From an uncultured Acidimicrobiales bacterium (lineage in GTDB: Bacteria > Actinomycetota > Acidimicrobiia > Acidimicrobiales > CAWCAL01): a DNA stretch of 64,000 nt. The translations under genes and the position numbers were made by a program. The stretch covers positions 350,343 through 414,342 of the forward strand of contig CAVONU010000006.1 in NCBI GenBank assembly GCA_963697385.1, in the 5' to 3' direction. The notes under the pieces were generated by a model. The model made no database searches and was not told the DNA's origin. It saw only the letters and a program-made list of their open reading frames with translations. Positions 1 through 10,128 of the stretch are shown in pieces. The stretch's first letter is position 1, and every line of letters starts with the position of its first letter.

Positions 1-1042
1 TCGGCCGGAGGATTCAATTCGAATCGACCGTCGAAACGGGCGAAGCCCAGCGGTCGAGCATTCGCGAAACGACCGATGATCTCGTCGAACCGCAACCCGA
101 GGAGCTCGGGACGCTCGGTGACGTGGAGATCGCTGCCACGGAACGCGGTGAGTTCGATGGTCACCACGCCGAGTCCACGCTGGCGCAGTGCGAACGCTGC
201 AATCCTGGCGACGGCCTGGGCGGTGGCGATCGGATGCATCGTCGGACCGCACGCGTGAACCAACCGCTCGGCCGTCGTCGACTCGGCCACCTCGACCACG
301 ACAGGGAGATCGTGAAGGTCCCCCAGCTCTGCGGTGAGGGCGAGGACGGTCTGCACCACGGAGACGTCGTTTCCTTCTCGTTCGGGCAGCACGATCGCAC
401 CCCGAGCCTCGCCAACCCGAGCGAGCGAGAGGTCGGAGCGGACCTTCGGATCGCCGAACCGGTAGACGATTCGTGTCCGGTGTCGGTTGGGGACCGCGGC
501 GACCACGGAGCGTCGCAGTTCTGTCGGATCGACCTCAGCGAGGACGACGATCGTGTTGGACGTGCGCTCGGCGTGGGCCACGACGAGCTGTTGGATGATC
601 TCCGGGATGCGGCGTGACCCGCCCAGGATCACGAGATGTCCGGACTCGATCACCACGCTGCGTCCGCGCCGCATGCTGTCGATTCGGTCCTCGACACCGG
701 CGGCGATGATGCCGATCAGTGTGCCGGCCACCAACAAGCCGAACAGGGTGACGAACAGAGCGAGGACGCGTCGGCCCCAACCCACGTCGCCGGCCATCGT
801 GCCGGTGTCCAGGATCCTGAGCAGGCTCTGCCAGGTGTCCTCCGCCCACGAGCCGTTCTCGCTGCCCGTGAACGTGACGTTGAAGATGGTCAGGAGCAGC
901 GAGCTCAGCAACACGGCGGCGAGCGTGACGGCGCCGAGCCAGACGAGTGCAGCCCCAGTGCCCCGTGCGAGCACGTTGTCGAATCGATATCGAATCCGCT
1001 GCCGGACACTCACGTCGATCGACGGCGTGTCCGGCTGATCAC
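1..1042 (-). CDS. CASTOR/POLLUX-related ion channel with RCK/TrkA-N domain (3' end outside window)
   Basis: Own translation from ATG (rc) at 1040-1042; absent from the ORF track because it runs off the window. Starts MGGSDQPDTPSIDVSVRQRIRYRFDNVLARG. Two TM helices flank a pore-like loop (WQSLLRILDTGTMAGDVGW), followed by a Rossmann-like segment (GHLVILGGSRRIPEIIQQLV). Starts 11 nt after the upstream gene's stop. Confidence 0.7.
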
Positions 1043-1053
1043 TCCCGCCCATG

Positions 1054-1722
1054 TCATCGCCTTCCGGGGGCCGGTGGCAACAGTAGGTTGGCACCGACGA
1101 GGAAGCAGGCGGCTCCGATGAAGGTGCCGGTGTTGACGATGGTGATGTTGATCGCTTCCCCGGTGGTTTCGAGCGTGAACGCGGCAAGTGCGGAGGCCAT
1201 GAACGCAATCGATCCGACGTAGTTGAGGAGTGAACTCCACCAGTCCGGGTCGTCGGACTCGGTGCACCAGAGCCTGCCACACGTGTTGGTCCAGTAGAGG
1301 TGGCTGGCGACGAGGAACGCGATGCAGCCAAGGAAGTCGGGCGCCCACACGAGGCGGTTGGTCTCTTCGACCGTGAACGCCCGCCCCATCGCCAGGATGG
1401 TGTTGACGTTGAACAGCAGCGTGCCGATCAGTTGGATGAACGCCGCCCACCACAACTTCGTGCGCGGTGACCACGCCCAGCGCTTGGCCGGCGCGTCGGC
1501 GTCGCGACCGTCGTTGATCGTCTGCACGAACGCCGTGTACCCGGCGCTGGTGAAGAACAACGACCCGATCACGAAGGTCACACCGACGATCCGCCCGTCG
1601 ACGAGTTGGGAGTACGGCGGGAACGAGCCGAGAGCGAAGAGGAACGAGCCGATGATGAACAGGACGGCGACGCGCCAGCCGAGATCGTGGGGGTTCCAGC
1701 TGAGTTGTCGTCGCCAGCGCAT
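1054..1722 (-). CDS. multi-pass membrane protein of unknown function
   Basis: 222-aa track ORF with about six hydrophobic helices (VAVLFIIGSFLFALG, AFIQLIGTLLFNVNTILA, GSIAFMASALAAF). Not Arg-rich, unlike the overlapping alternative frames. Sits between gad and the channel gene with 26-nt and 11-nt gaps. Confidence 0.7.
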   Translation of the reverse strand: MRWRRQLSWNPHDLGWRVAVLFIIGSFLFALGSFPPYSQLVDGRIVGVTFVIGSLFFTSAGYTAFVQTINDGRDADAPAKRWAWSPRTKLWWAAFIQLIGTLLFNVNTILAMGRAFTVEETNRLVWAPDFLGCIAFLVASHLYWTNTCGRLWCTESDDPDWWSSLLNYVGSIAFMASALAAFTLETTGEAINITIVNTGTFIGAACFLVGANLLLPPAPGRR

Positions 1723-1748
1723 TCAGCGACCCGCCCGTTGCAATCGCG

Positions 1749-3122
1749 TCAGGTGTGGCTGAAGCCGGGGGCCGGGGCCGGTTGCGCTGGCGGGAACGCC
1801 TCGAGGTGCGCAACCGCTTTCGCAAGTTCGGCGAGGAGCATGTCGGCGAGGTCCATGCCGAAGCCTTCGCGGACGACGATCCGAATGACGGCGACCTCCT
1901 CGGCGTCAGCGGGCATCGTGTACGCCGGCACCTGCCAGCCACCGCTGCGCATCAGGTCGGACACGTGGAACACCGTGAAGTTCGAGGGGTCCTTGACCTT
2001 GAACGAGATAACGGGGATCGCGGAGCCGTCGCTGACCACGTCGAAGGTGCCCATCTCGGCGATCTTGGACGACAGGTACATCGCGGTGTCGCTCAGCGAC
2101 TCCATGATGCGGCGGTAGCCGTCGCGACCGAGGCGCACGAAGTTGTAGTACTGCCCGACGATCTGGTTGCCCGGACGTGAGAAGTTGAGGGTGAACGTCG
2201 GCATGTCGCCGCCGAGGTAGTTCACGTGGAAGACGAGGTCCTCGGGCAGCTCCTGGGCCGACCGCCACACGACGAACCCGATACCGGGGTACGTCAGTCC
2301 GTACTTGTGTCCTGACACGTTGATCGACTTGACCTGCGGGAGTCGGAAGTCCCATTCGAGATCGGGGTGCAGGAAGGGGGCGACGAATCCGCCCGACGCC
2401 GCGTCGACGTGGATCGGGATGTCGGTTCCGTGCTCGGTGTTGTAGGCCACGACGCGATCGTGGATCTCGCCGATCGGCTCGAACTCTCCGGTGTAGGTGG
2501 TGCCGAGGATCGGGATCACGCCGATCGTGTTCTCGTCGACCTTCGCCATCACGTCGTCGGGGGCGACGGTGAACCGGTCGTGACTGAGCGGCACGTAGCG
2601 GGGCTCGACGTCCCAGTAGCGACAGAACTTCTCCCACACGACCTGGACGTTGGAGCCCATGACCATGTTCGGCTTGTCGGTGGGCAGTCCGGCGGCCTCG
2701 CGCTGTTGCCGCCACTTCCACTTCATCGCGAGTCCACCGAGCATGACGGCTTCGCTCGAGCCGATCGTCGACACACCGATCGCGTCGCCGTCGGTCGGCG
2801 CATGGAACAGATCGGCCACGATGTTGACGCAGCGTCGTTCGATCTCCGCGGTCTGCGGGTACTCGTCCTTGTCGATCATGTTCTTGTCGAACGTCTCGGC
2901 CATCAGTTTCTCGGCCTCGGGCTCCATCCACGTCGTCACGAAGGTCGCCATGTTCAGCCGCGAGCTCCCGTCGAGCAGCAACTCGTCGTGGATCATCCGA
3001 TAGACGGCTCCGGGCAACGACTCGTCGTCGGGCATCCGATTCTTCGGAATCGGCGCAGCCGCGAAACGACCCGCATAGGCCGGATCGAGGGCTGCATCAT
3101 TCGAAACGTGTTTGTGGACCAT
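1749..3122 (-). CDS. gadB: glutamate decarboxylase (PLP-dependent)
   Basis: From ATG at 3122: MVHKHVSNDAALDPAYAGRF. Colinear with bacterial Gad proteins as I recall them, including NVSGHKYGLTYPGIGFVVWR (PLP-binding Lys). The 528-aa track ORF adds an implausible N-terminal extension. Confidence 0.92.
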   Translation of the reverse strand: MVHKHVSNDAALDPAYAGRFAAAPIPKNRMPDDESLPGAVYRMIHDELLLDGSSRLNMATFVTTWMEPEAEKLMAETFDKNMIDKDEYPQTAEIERRCVNIVADLFHAPTDGDAIGVSTIGSSEAVMLGGLAMKWKWRQQREAAGLPTDKPNMVMGSNVQVVWEKFCRYWDVEPRYVPLSHDRFTVAPDDVMAKVDENTIGVIPILGTTYTGEFEPIGEIHDRVVAYNTEHGTDIPIHVDAASGGFVAPFLHPDLEWDFRLPQVKSINVSGHKYGLTYPGIGFVVWRSAQELPEDLVFHVNYLGGDMPTFTLNFSRPGNQIVGQYYNFVRLGRDGYRRIMESLSDTAMYLSSKIAEMGTFDVVSDGSAIPVISFKVKDPSNFTVFHVSDLMRSGGWQVPAYTMPADAEEVAVIRIVVREGFGMDLADMLLAELAKAVAHLEAFPPAQPAPAPGFSHT

Positions 3123-3340
3123 GGCAAGAACTCCTCGAAAACGGGAAAGACCGACCTGAATGGTGAACCGAGAACCCCGTGATGCTAGCCCCGACCACGC
3201 TCGGATTTCATCGTCCACATCGCCCACATCGGATGAATCGCAGTGGAGGATCGTCCCGTCTGGGGGTCGTCGCAGGTCGGCGTCGCGAGGCATGATCGAA
3301 CGGCCGCACAACGACCGATCGGGCTCGGTCAGCAAAGGGG

Positions 3341-3886
3341 ATGTCGTTGATGGGACTCAGGAGAAATCGCCACGAGGAGCTCCGCCGGTTCATCATGCGC
3401 CAGCGCCTGGTCGCAATCGGTGACGACTACTGGATCGAGGACGACAACGGTGCCCGGGTGATCAAGGTGAACGGCAAGGTCGCGCTCGTTCGAGACACGT
3501 GGGAGCTCGAGGACCTGGACGGCAGCCGTGTCGCCAGGATTCGAGAGCGAAAGCTGTCGGTGCGAGACGCGATCACCATCGATGCGGACGGACGCGAGGC
3601 GACGTGTCGTTCTTGGACGGATGTCAGGCCGGAACCGGTGGGTCAACGGCGTCGATGCTTGCCATGGGGCACGCCGTCTCTGAATTGTTCGACATGCCGG
3701 TTGATCTGCGGCCGCTCGCCAGGTCGGGGCCGGTCATACGAGGACGCTAGCCAGGACCCATCCGGCCGTCATCGCCCGATCTGTACGATTCGGCTTCCTG
3801 TGGGCAGGCCGGTTTCGCTCACCGGTCCACGTTCGGCATGTGCACATCGCCGGGAGCGGCACCTCGCACGAGGAAATGGATGCTGA
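3341..3886 (+). CDS. LURP-one-related (DUF567/tubby C-terminal-like) family protein, apparently 3'-disrupted
   Basis: The N-terminal ~90 aa (RFIMRQRLVAIGDDYWIEDDNGARVIKVNGKVALVRDTWELEDLDGSRVARIRERKLSVRDAITIDADGREAT) match the family pattern. After ~3610 no frame continues the expected C-terminal half. The tail is Cys/Arg-rich and overlaps the next gene. Confidence 0.45.
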   Translation: MSLMGLRRNRHEELRRFIMRQRLVAIGDDYWIEDDNGARVIKVNGKVALVRDTWELEDLDGSRVARIRERKLSVRDAITIDADGREATCRSWTDVRPEPVGQRRRCLPWGTPSLNCSTCRLICGRSPGRGRSYEDASQDPSGRHRPICTIRLPVGRPVSLTGPRSACAHRRERHLARGNGC

Positions 3887-4514
3887 CGACCAGGACCCAG
3901 ATCGGGAACACCATCGTCGACCACAGGCTGATGCCGCTACCGACCAGCTGCACGAGGGCCAGCAGATACGTGATTGCGATGATCCAGCGGGGCATGGCGC
4001 CCGAACGCAACCAGATCGAGCCGGTCGAGAACATGAACACGCCGGCCATCCGGACCCCGAAGTTGTTGGAGATGTGGAAGATCGCTTCTCGATCGAAGGC
4101 GTAGATTCCCGACGTGATGGTTCGTTCCGGCGCGGACTCGTAGGTGGCGATGAGCGCGCCGACCAATGCCGCAGCGGCGAAGGTCATCGCCAGGTAGAGC
4201 AGGCCGCTGCCGAACATCACGCTCGACAGGAATCGATCCTCGCGGTCGCCGAGCCGATCCCGCACGACGCCGATGAACCACAGGAAGGCGATGCCGCCGA
4301 ACGGCACCAGCCAGAGCGCGAGCTTGACCCGGCCCGAGTTCGTGTCGAGCCACTCGCCCGGATCTCCAGGGTCGGCCGGCACCGAGAGCCGGAACAAGAC
4401 GGTCGCTGTCCCGAACAGGGCGGCGAACACGATGCCGGCAACAGCGGCAGCACGGGGCGTCGCCAGGCGACGCCCCAGTTGCGACTCGTCGGCAGATGTG
4501 GGGTCCTCCATCAT
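3819..4514 (-). CDS. membrane protein of unknown function
   Basis: 231-aa ORF with six hydrophobic segments (VAGIVFAALFGTATVLF, LALWLVPFGGIAFLWFIGVV, LLYLAMTFAAAALVGALIA and others). Composition looks coding. Confidence 0.7.
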   Translation of the reverse strand: MMEDPTSADESQLGRRLATPRAAAVAGIVFAALFGTATVLFRLSVPADPGDPGEWLDTNSGRVKLALWLVPFGGIAFLWFIGVVRDRLGDREDRFLSSVMFGSGLLYLAMTFAAAALVGALIATYESAPERTITSGIYAFDREAIFHISNNFGVRMAGVFMFSTGSIWLRSGAMPRWIIAITYLLALVQLVGSGISLWSTMVFPIWVLVVSIHFLVRGAAPGDVHMPNVDR

Positions 4515-4536
4515 GCGTGCGATGGAGGCTACGCGT

Positions 4537-4788
4537 TCAGCTGTCGATGGCGTCGCCGAGTTCGTCGGACGACTTCTCGAGGGCCTTGGCGAGCTTGTCG
4601 GCGTCGCCGGAGTCGATCGCCTTGCTGATTCGCTTGTCGGCCCTGGTCAACGCCTTTTCGACACGGTCGAGATACCTGTCGTCGACGACGACCGCTGCCG
4701 ACGAGTTCGGCGGGAGGTACTCGTCGAGGTCGACCCCGAGCTCCTTCTCCTCGTGCCGCTTCACCAGGTGGACGAGCACGGCAAGCAC
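4537..4788 (-). CDS. small helical hypothetical protein
   Basis: 83-aa ORF with GTG start. Nearly every codon ends in G/C in this frame. Acidic/Lys-rich helical sequence (DRYLDRVEKALTRADKRISKAIDSGDADKLAKALEKSSDELGDAIDS). 22 nt upstream of the 3819-4514 gene on the same strand. Confidence 0.5.
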   Translation of the reverse strand: MLAVLVHLVKRHEEKELGVDLDEYLPPNSSAAVVVDDRYLDRVEKALTRADKRISKAIDSGDADKLAKALEKSSDELGDAIDS

Positions 4789-4957
4789 GCCTCGCCGTGT
4801 CGCTGGTCCGCGAGCCCCGAATCACCCGATCAGGGCGACGCGAGGGTGCTCAACTCCGTCGATGTGGGGCACCGGCGGTCGGTGGACGAACCAGTCTCGG
4901 CGTCGGAACACCCAGAGCCTTCCTGGGGGATACCATCCGGTCTTCATTCCGCGCACG

Positions 4958-7354
4958 ATGCCGGCGCACCGGAGGCCACTGATGGCGAACACGCCTGACC
5001 GACATGCCCGCTCCATGCTGCCGATCCCCGACCGTCCGAAACAGGGACACACGACCTACGACGCGCGTGACCCCGAAGCATCGTTCGCGCCGATCGAGCC
5101 GCTGTTGCCGCCAGAAGGTGCACCGAACGTCCTGATCGTCCTCCTCGACGACGTCGGGTTCGGCGCGTCGACGGCCTTCGGTGGGCCATGCGCAACACCG
5201 AACGCCGAGCGCCTTGCTGCCGGCGGACTCCGGTACAACCGGTTCCACACCACCGCGCTGTGCGCTCCGACACGCCAAGCGATGCTCACCGGCCGCAATC
5301 ACCACTCGGTCGGGATGGGAAGCATCACCGAGACGGCGACCTCGGCGCCCGGCAACAGCTCGCTGCGGCCCAACACCAAGGCCCCGCTGGCGATGACCCT
5401 CAAACTCAATGGCTATTCGACGGCGCAGTTCGGCAAGTGCCACGAGGTTCCGGTCTGGCAGTCGTCACCGCTCGGGCCGTTCGACGCCTGGCCGTCGGGT
5501 GGCGGTGGTTTCGAGACGTTCTACGGGTTCATCGGCGGCGAGAACAACCAGTGGGAACCAGCCCTCTACGACGGGACGACCCCCGTCGAGCCACCGGCGA
5601 CACCCGAGGAGGGGTACCACCTCACCGAAGATCTGGCCGATCGTGCGGTCAACTGGATCCGCCAGCAGAAGGCCCTCATGCCTGACCGGCCGTTCTTCAC
5701 CTACTTCGCTCCGGGGGCGACCCACGCACCGCACCACGTGCCCAAGGAGTGGGCCGACAAGTACGCCGGGCGGTTCGACGACGGTTGGGATGCCCTGCGC
5801 GAGCGGACCTTCGCTCGGCAGAAAGAACTCGGCGTGATTCCCGAGGACGCCGAGGTGACCGTTCGCCACGACGAGATCACCGCATGGGACGACATGCCCG
5901 AGGAGCTGAAGCCCGTCCTGGCGCGTGAGATGGAGGTCTATGCGGGCTTCCTCGAGCACACGGACCACCACGTCGGCCGGATCATCGATGCGATCGAGGA
6001 ACTCGGGGTCCTCGACGACACGATCATCTATTACATCGTTGGAGACAACGGTGCATCGGCCGAAGGCACGATGAACGGTGCCTTCAACGAGATGGCCAAC
6101 TTCAACGGAATGGCGGCGCTCGAGACGCCCGAGTTCATGCTGTCGAAGATGGACGAGTTCGGCACTCCCAGCTCGTACAACCACTACTCGGTCGGCTGGG
6201 CGTGGGCGATGAACACCCCATTCCAATGGACCAAGCAGGTGGCTTCCCACTGGGGAGGCACCCGCAACGGCACGATCGTGCACTGGCCGAGCCGGATCAA
6301 AGAACCAGGAGGACTGCGGACGCAATTCACCCACGTCATCGACCTCGCACCCACGATCCTCGAGGCAGCAGGTCTTCCCGAACCGACGATGGTGAACGGC
6401 GTGCAGCAGAGCCCGATGGAGGGGACGAGCATGCTCTACACGTTCAACGAAGCGGACTCGGCCGAGCGCCATGACCTCCAGTACTTCGAGATGTTCGGCA
6501 ACCGCGGGATCTACGACAAAGGATGGAGCGCGGTCACCAAGCACAAGACGCCCTGGATCATGGTCGGTGGCGATCTTCCGGAATTCGACGACGACGTGTG
6601 GGAGCTCTACGACGGCTCGAAGGACTACAGCCAGGCGGTGGACCTCAGCAAGGAGCATCCGGAGTTGCTCGCCAAGCTGCAGCGGAAGTGGCTCATCGAG
6701 GCGACGAAGTACAACGTGCTCCCGATGGACGACCGCACCGGCGAGCGGCTCGAACCCAGCATGGCCGGTCGGCCGACGCTGATCCACGGCGACAGCCAGA
6801 CGTTCTATTCCGGAATGGGCCGACTGTCCGAGAACAGCGTCGTGAGCATCAAGAACCGATCCTTCGCGGTCACCGCCGAGGTCGACGTCCCTGCCGGAGG
6901 GCTGAACGGGGTGATCATCGCCCAGGGCGGGCGCTTCGGTGGATGGGCGGTCTACGTCATCGACGGACGGGTGAAGTTCGTCTACAACGTGCTCGGTATC
7001 CAGGAGTTCATCGCAGGAGCCGACTCACCGCTGCCCGACGGAACCCATCAGGTGAGGGTCGAGTTCGCGTACGACGGCGGGGGCCTCGCCAAAGGCGGAG
7101 ACGTCACCCTCTACAGCGACGGCACCGAGATCGGTTCCGGTCGCGTCGGTGCGACCCAACCGATGGTCTTCTCTGCCGACGAGACCGCCGACATCGGCTA
7201 CGAGTCGGGCACGACGGTGGGGTCGGAGTACGACGCGACGACGAGCCGCTTCACCGGAAAGATCCACTGGGTCCAGCTCGATGTCGGTGCAGACGATCAC
7301 GACCACTTCATCGACCCGGACGAGCGCCACCGCATCGCCATCGCCCGGCAGTAG
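4958..7354 (+). CDS. arylsulfatase (formylglycine-dependent type I sulfatase)
   Basis: NVLIVLLDDVGFGASTAFGG followed by the C-x-P-x-R motif (TTALCAPTRQAMLTGRNHHSVGMG). ~790 aa from ATG 4958 (alternative ATG at 4982). The track ORF's start at 4496 is an out-of-context extension. Confidence 0.9.
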   Translation: MPAHRRPLMANTPDRHARSMLPIPDRPKQGHTTYDARDPEASFAPIEPLLPPEGAPNVLIVLLDDVGFGASTAFGGPCATPNAERLAAGGLRYNRFHTTALCAPTRQAMLTGRNHHSVGMGSITETATSAPGNSSLRPNTKAPLAMTLKLNGYSTAQFGKCHEVPVWQSSPLGPFDAWPSGGGGFETFYGFIGGENNQWEPALYDGTTPVEPPATPEEGYHLTEDLADRAVNWIRQQKALMPDRPFFTYFAPGATHAPHHVPKEWADKYAGRFDDGWDALRERTFARQKELGVIPEDAEVTVRHDEITAWDDMPEELKPVLAREMEVYAGFLEHTDHHVGRIIDAIEELGVLDDTIIYYIVGDNGASAEGTMNGAFNEMANFNGMAALETPEFMLSKMDEFGTPSSYNHYSVGWAWAMNTPFQWTKQVASHWGGTRNGTIVHWPSRIKEPGGLRTQFTHVIDLAPTILEAAGLPEPTMVNGVQQSPMEGTSMLYTFNEADSAERHDLQYFEMFGNRGIYDKGWSAVTKHKTPWIMVGGDLPEFDDDVWELYDGSKDYSQAVDLSKEHPELLAKLQRKWLIEATKYNVLPMDDRTGERLEPSMAGRPTLIHGDSQTFYSGMGRLSENSVVSIKNRSFAVTAEVDVPAGGLNGVIIAQGGRFGGWAVYVIDGRVKFVYNVLGIQEFIAGADSPLPDGTHQVRVEFAYDGGGLAKGGDVTLYSDGTEIGSGRVGATQPMVFSADETADIGYESGTTVGSEYDATTSRFTGKIHWVQLDVGADDHDHFIDPDERHRIAIARQ

Positions 7355-7574
7355 CGGCTGACGAGGCGCACAGCAAGACCCAGGTCGCGATGCTCTCCGT
7401 TTCGGCAACGGTCGCGATCGCCCTGCGGCCAAACACGTCTTCGAGTCGCTCGATGACGCCGTGGCCGCGTTCCATGCGGCGGAGCCGTCGCACGGTGACG
7501 AGTGGGGGTCACCCGAACCATCTGGGCCCTGCCACTACGATCCGGAGCTCGTGCCACATGTCGGCCGGGTGACG

Positions 7575-8060
7575 ATGTCCCGAATGAGATTCCTGCGACG
7601 CGCCTATCTACGTTTCCAGGCCAGCCCCGCATCGGCCAAATACGCCACCGGAGCGATCATGAGCGTGACGATCGCGGTGGTCGTGGTGGGTGCGATCCTG
7701 ATGTGGGCCTTCGACCGCGACAACTACCCCTCGTACGGTGAGGCCCTGTGGTTCACCCTGCAGACCGTGACCACGGTGGGCTACGGCGACACGACGCCGA
7801 CGAGTGCAATCGGACGATCCGTGGCGGCAGTTGTGATGGTCACCGGAATCGGGCTGATCACCGTGGTGACCGCCGCAGTCACCTCGTTGTTCATCGAGGC
7901 CGCACGCGTCCGGATGGCGCAGTCCCGAGCCGACGCGGCTGCTCATGAACCGAGCCCATTCGCCCGGATGGAAGAGTCGCTCGCAGAGATAGCGGAGCGT
8001 CTCGAGCGTCTCGAATCGACGACACGAGAATCGGAGGATGGCGGTCCCGGCCGGTCGTGA
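7575..8060 (+). CDS. two-TM potassium channel (KcsA-like, no RCK domain)
   Basis: From ATG 7575 (MSRMRFLRRAY). TM1, pore helix plus canonical filter (LWFTLQTVTTVGYGDTTP), TM2, then a short helical tail. Confidence 0.85.
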   Translation: MSRMRFLRRAYLRFQASPASAKYATGAIMSVTIAVVVVGAILMWAFDRDNYPSYGEALWFTLQTVTTVGYGDTTPTSAIGRSVAAVVMVTGIGLITVVTAAVTSLFIEAARVRMAQSRADAAAHEPSPFARMEESLAEIAERLERLESTTRESEDGGPGRS

Positions 8061-8111
8061 CCGGTTCCGGAAGTGACGTGAGGCGGCCTCGTCCCGGCGT
8101 TCACCGACTGG

Positions 8112-9870
8112 TTGGCCACCCTCCCTGGGCTGTTCGACTTCCTGTGGAGCTCGGCGTTCGACTTGGCCCAAGTGTCGGTCATCGTCATCGCTGTCCTGGC
8201 GTCGGCGCGACGCCGCTGGGCGCTGCTGCGTGACTGGGCGGTCAGCCTGGCGCTCACCACGGCCGGTGTGCTCTTCGTTGGATGGGCCGTGGACGGCTCG
8301 CTCCCCACGCTGTCCGACAGCATCGGTCCCGCGGACGAATCGGGAGGCTTCCCGTCGTTGGCGCTCGCCGCCAGCGCTGCGGCGATCACCGTAGCGAACC
8401 CGTACCTCGTCAGCCCGCTCCGCAAGTGCGGTCGATGGCTCATCGGCCTCGCCTGGATCTCGGCGCTGGTATTCGGGGTGGCCGCACCCGGTGCGGCGTT
8501 GTGTGCGGTCGCGATCGGCTGGGCCGCCGGTGCGCTGGTCCACCTCGTCTTCGGCTCACCCGATGGGATACCGTCGCTGCACGATCTCGGCGAATCGCTG
8601 CGATCGATCGGCGTCGATGCCGCGCCAGCGAGCGTGGAGGTCCGCCACGGGGTGACGTTCGCCCGAGCGCGAACACCCGACGATCGAGATCTCGACGTTC
8701 AGGTCCACGGCCGCGACTCCTGGGACAGCCAGTTCTTCGTCAAGATGTGGCGCCTCGTGTTCTACCGATCGGGTGGGCGCAGCGTCACCGTCAATCGACG
8801 ACACCAGGTCGAACACCAGGCGTATCTGACCTTGTTCGCCGAGCGGGAAGGCGCATCGGTGACACCACTCGTGGCGGCGGTGATGGACAGCCGAGGCGAC
8901 GCACTGTTCGTCTCCGAGCGGGTGGGGGTCGGGTTCGGCCGGGGCGACGACGAGATCAGCGACGAGTTGTTGGCCGACGCGTGGCGCTCACTCGGGCGAC
9001 TGCACGAAGCAGGCATTCGGCACGGGGGGATCACCCCTGACGACCTTCAGGTTTCCGGTGGGCGCGTCTACCTGGGTGAGTTCGATCGAGCCGCGATCGC
9101 CTGGGATGACACGTCACGCCAACTCGACGAAGCGCAGCTGCTGACGTCGACCGCCGTGGCCGTCGGCTCCGACCGCGCCGTCGCAGCGGCCGTCGCCGCG
9201 CTCGGCGTCGAACGGCTCACCGAGACGACCACCTTCGTGCAACCAGCAGCGATGCCCCCAGCGCTGCGAAAGCGGGCCGGCGCTGCAGACCTCGACATCG
9301 ACGATCTCCGCAAGGCCGCCATCGCCGAGGTCGGCGCCGAGGAGCAGGAACTCCAGACGCTCCATCGAGTCTCGCTCGGCAGCGTCGTGATGCTGGTCCT
9401 GCTCGTCATCGTCGCCTATACGCTCGTTGGTGCGATCCAAAGCGTGGGCGTCGCATCGATCGTGGACGCGATCGCCGGAGCCAGTCCCGCCGTTCTCCTC
9501 CTCGCTTTCGTGCTCGGTCAGACCCCGCGAGTCGCCGGTGCCTTCGCCGTGTCGCAAGCGGCACCCCTACCGATTCCTCTCGCTCTTCTCGGCGGCGATG
9601 TACACCGTGTTGCGCGCGGTCGGCCAGGACGTGGGATTTGCCGATGTGGTGCTCGTCAACGAGGCCGTGGCGCTGTTCGCCGGTCTCATGCCCGTGCCGG
9701 GTGGTGTCGGGGTGACCGAGGCGGCGCTGGCCGCAGGGTTCGGAGCGATCGGCGTCGACAGCTCCACTGCCGTGGCCGCGGCCCTGTCGTACCGGATGAT
9801 CACGTTCTACGCCCCACCATTGCTCGGCTACTTCGCGATGCGTTCCTTGCGCGATCAGCGAATGCTGTAG
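8112..9870 (+). pseudogene. membrane protein with kinase-like middle domain and flippase-like (LPG-synthase-TM/UPF0104) C-terminal domain, interrupted by one frameshift
   Basis: The 8112 frame is sensible up to ...GAFAVSQAAPLP (~9570) and then turns Arg-rich. The family C-terminus (VNEAVALFAGLMPVPGGVGVTEAALAAGFGAIGVDSSTAVAAALSYRMITFYAPPLLGY) continues in the +1 frame to a stop at 9870. The switch is near the C-run at 9564-9567. Confidence 0.7.
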
Positions 9871-10128
9871 CTGAGCGCTGCCGGATCGTCGAGGCGGAGT
9901 CTGCCGATGTGCCGTTCGAGGTCCTGGTCGGCACTCGCCTGGAACGAGACGCCACGATGATCAGCGACGAGCACGACCATGAGCACGACCACCGATTCGT
10001 CAGTTGGGTGTACCGCCGATCCGGCTCCGACATATGGTGGTCGGGCCATCCCGACATGGGAGTCGCGGATCCGACCTGCCCGGATGTCGGCCAGAGGTCG
10101 TGGCTGCAAGGCTTCGATGGTCAACCGG

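Noticed and set aside
4496-4957. N-terminal 154-aa extension of the arylsulfatase track ORF
   Set aside because: The extension is Ser/Arg-rich. It overlaps a better-supported minus-strand small gene (4537-4788). Sulfatase homology begins only after the ATG at 4958/4982.
9870-10128. Possible small gene in either orientation (plus-frame VPFEVLVGTRLERD...HDHEHDH..., or minus-strand 9855-10124 with a TTG start)
   Set aside because: The two frames share third codon positions, so codon bias cannot separate them. Neither has a recognisable motif or a convincing start. Left unannotated.
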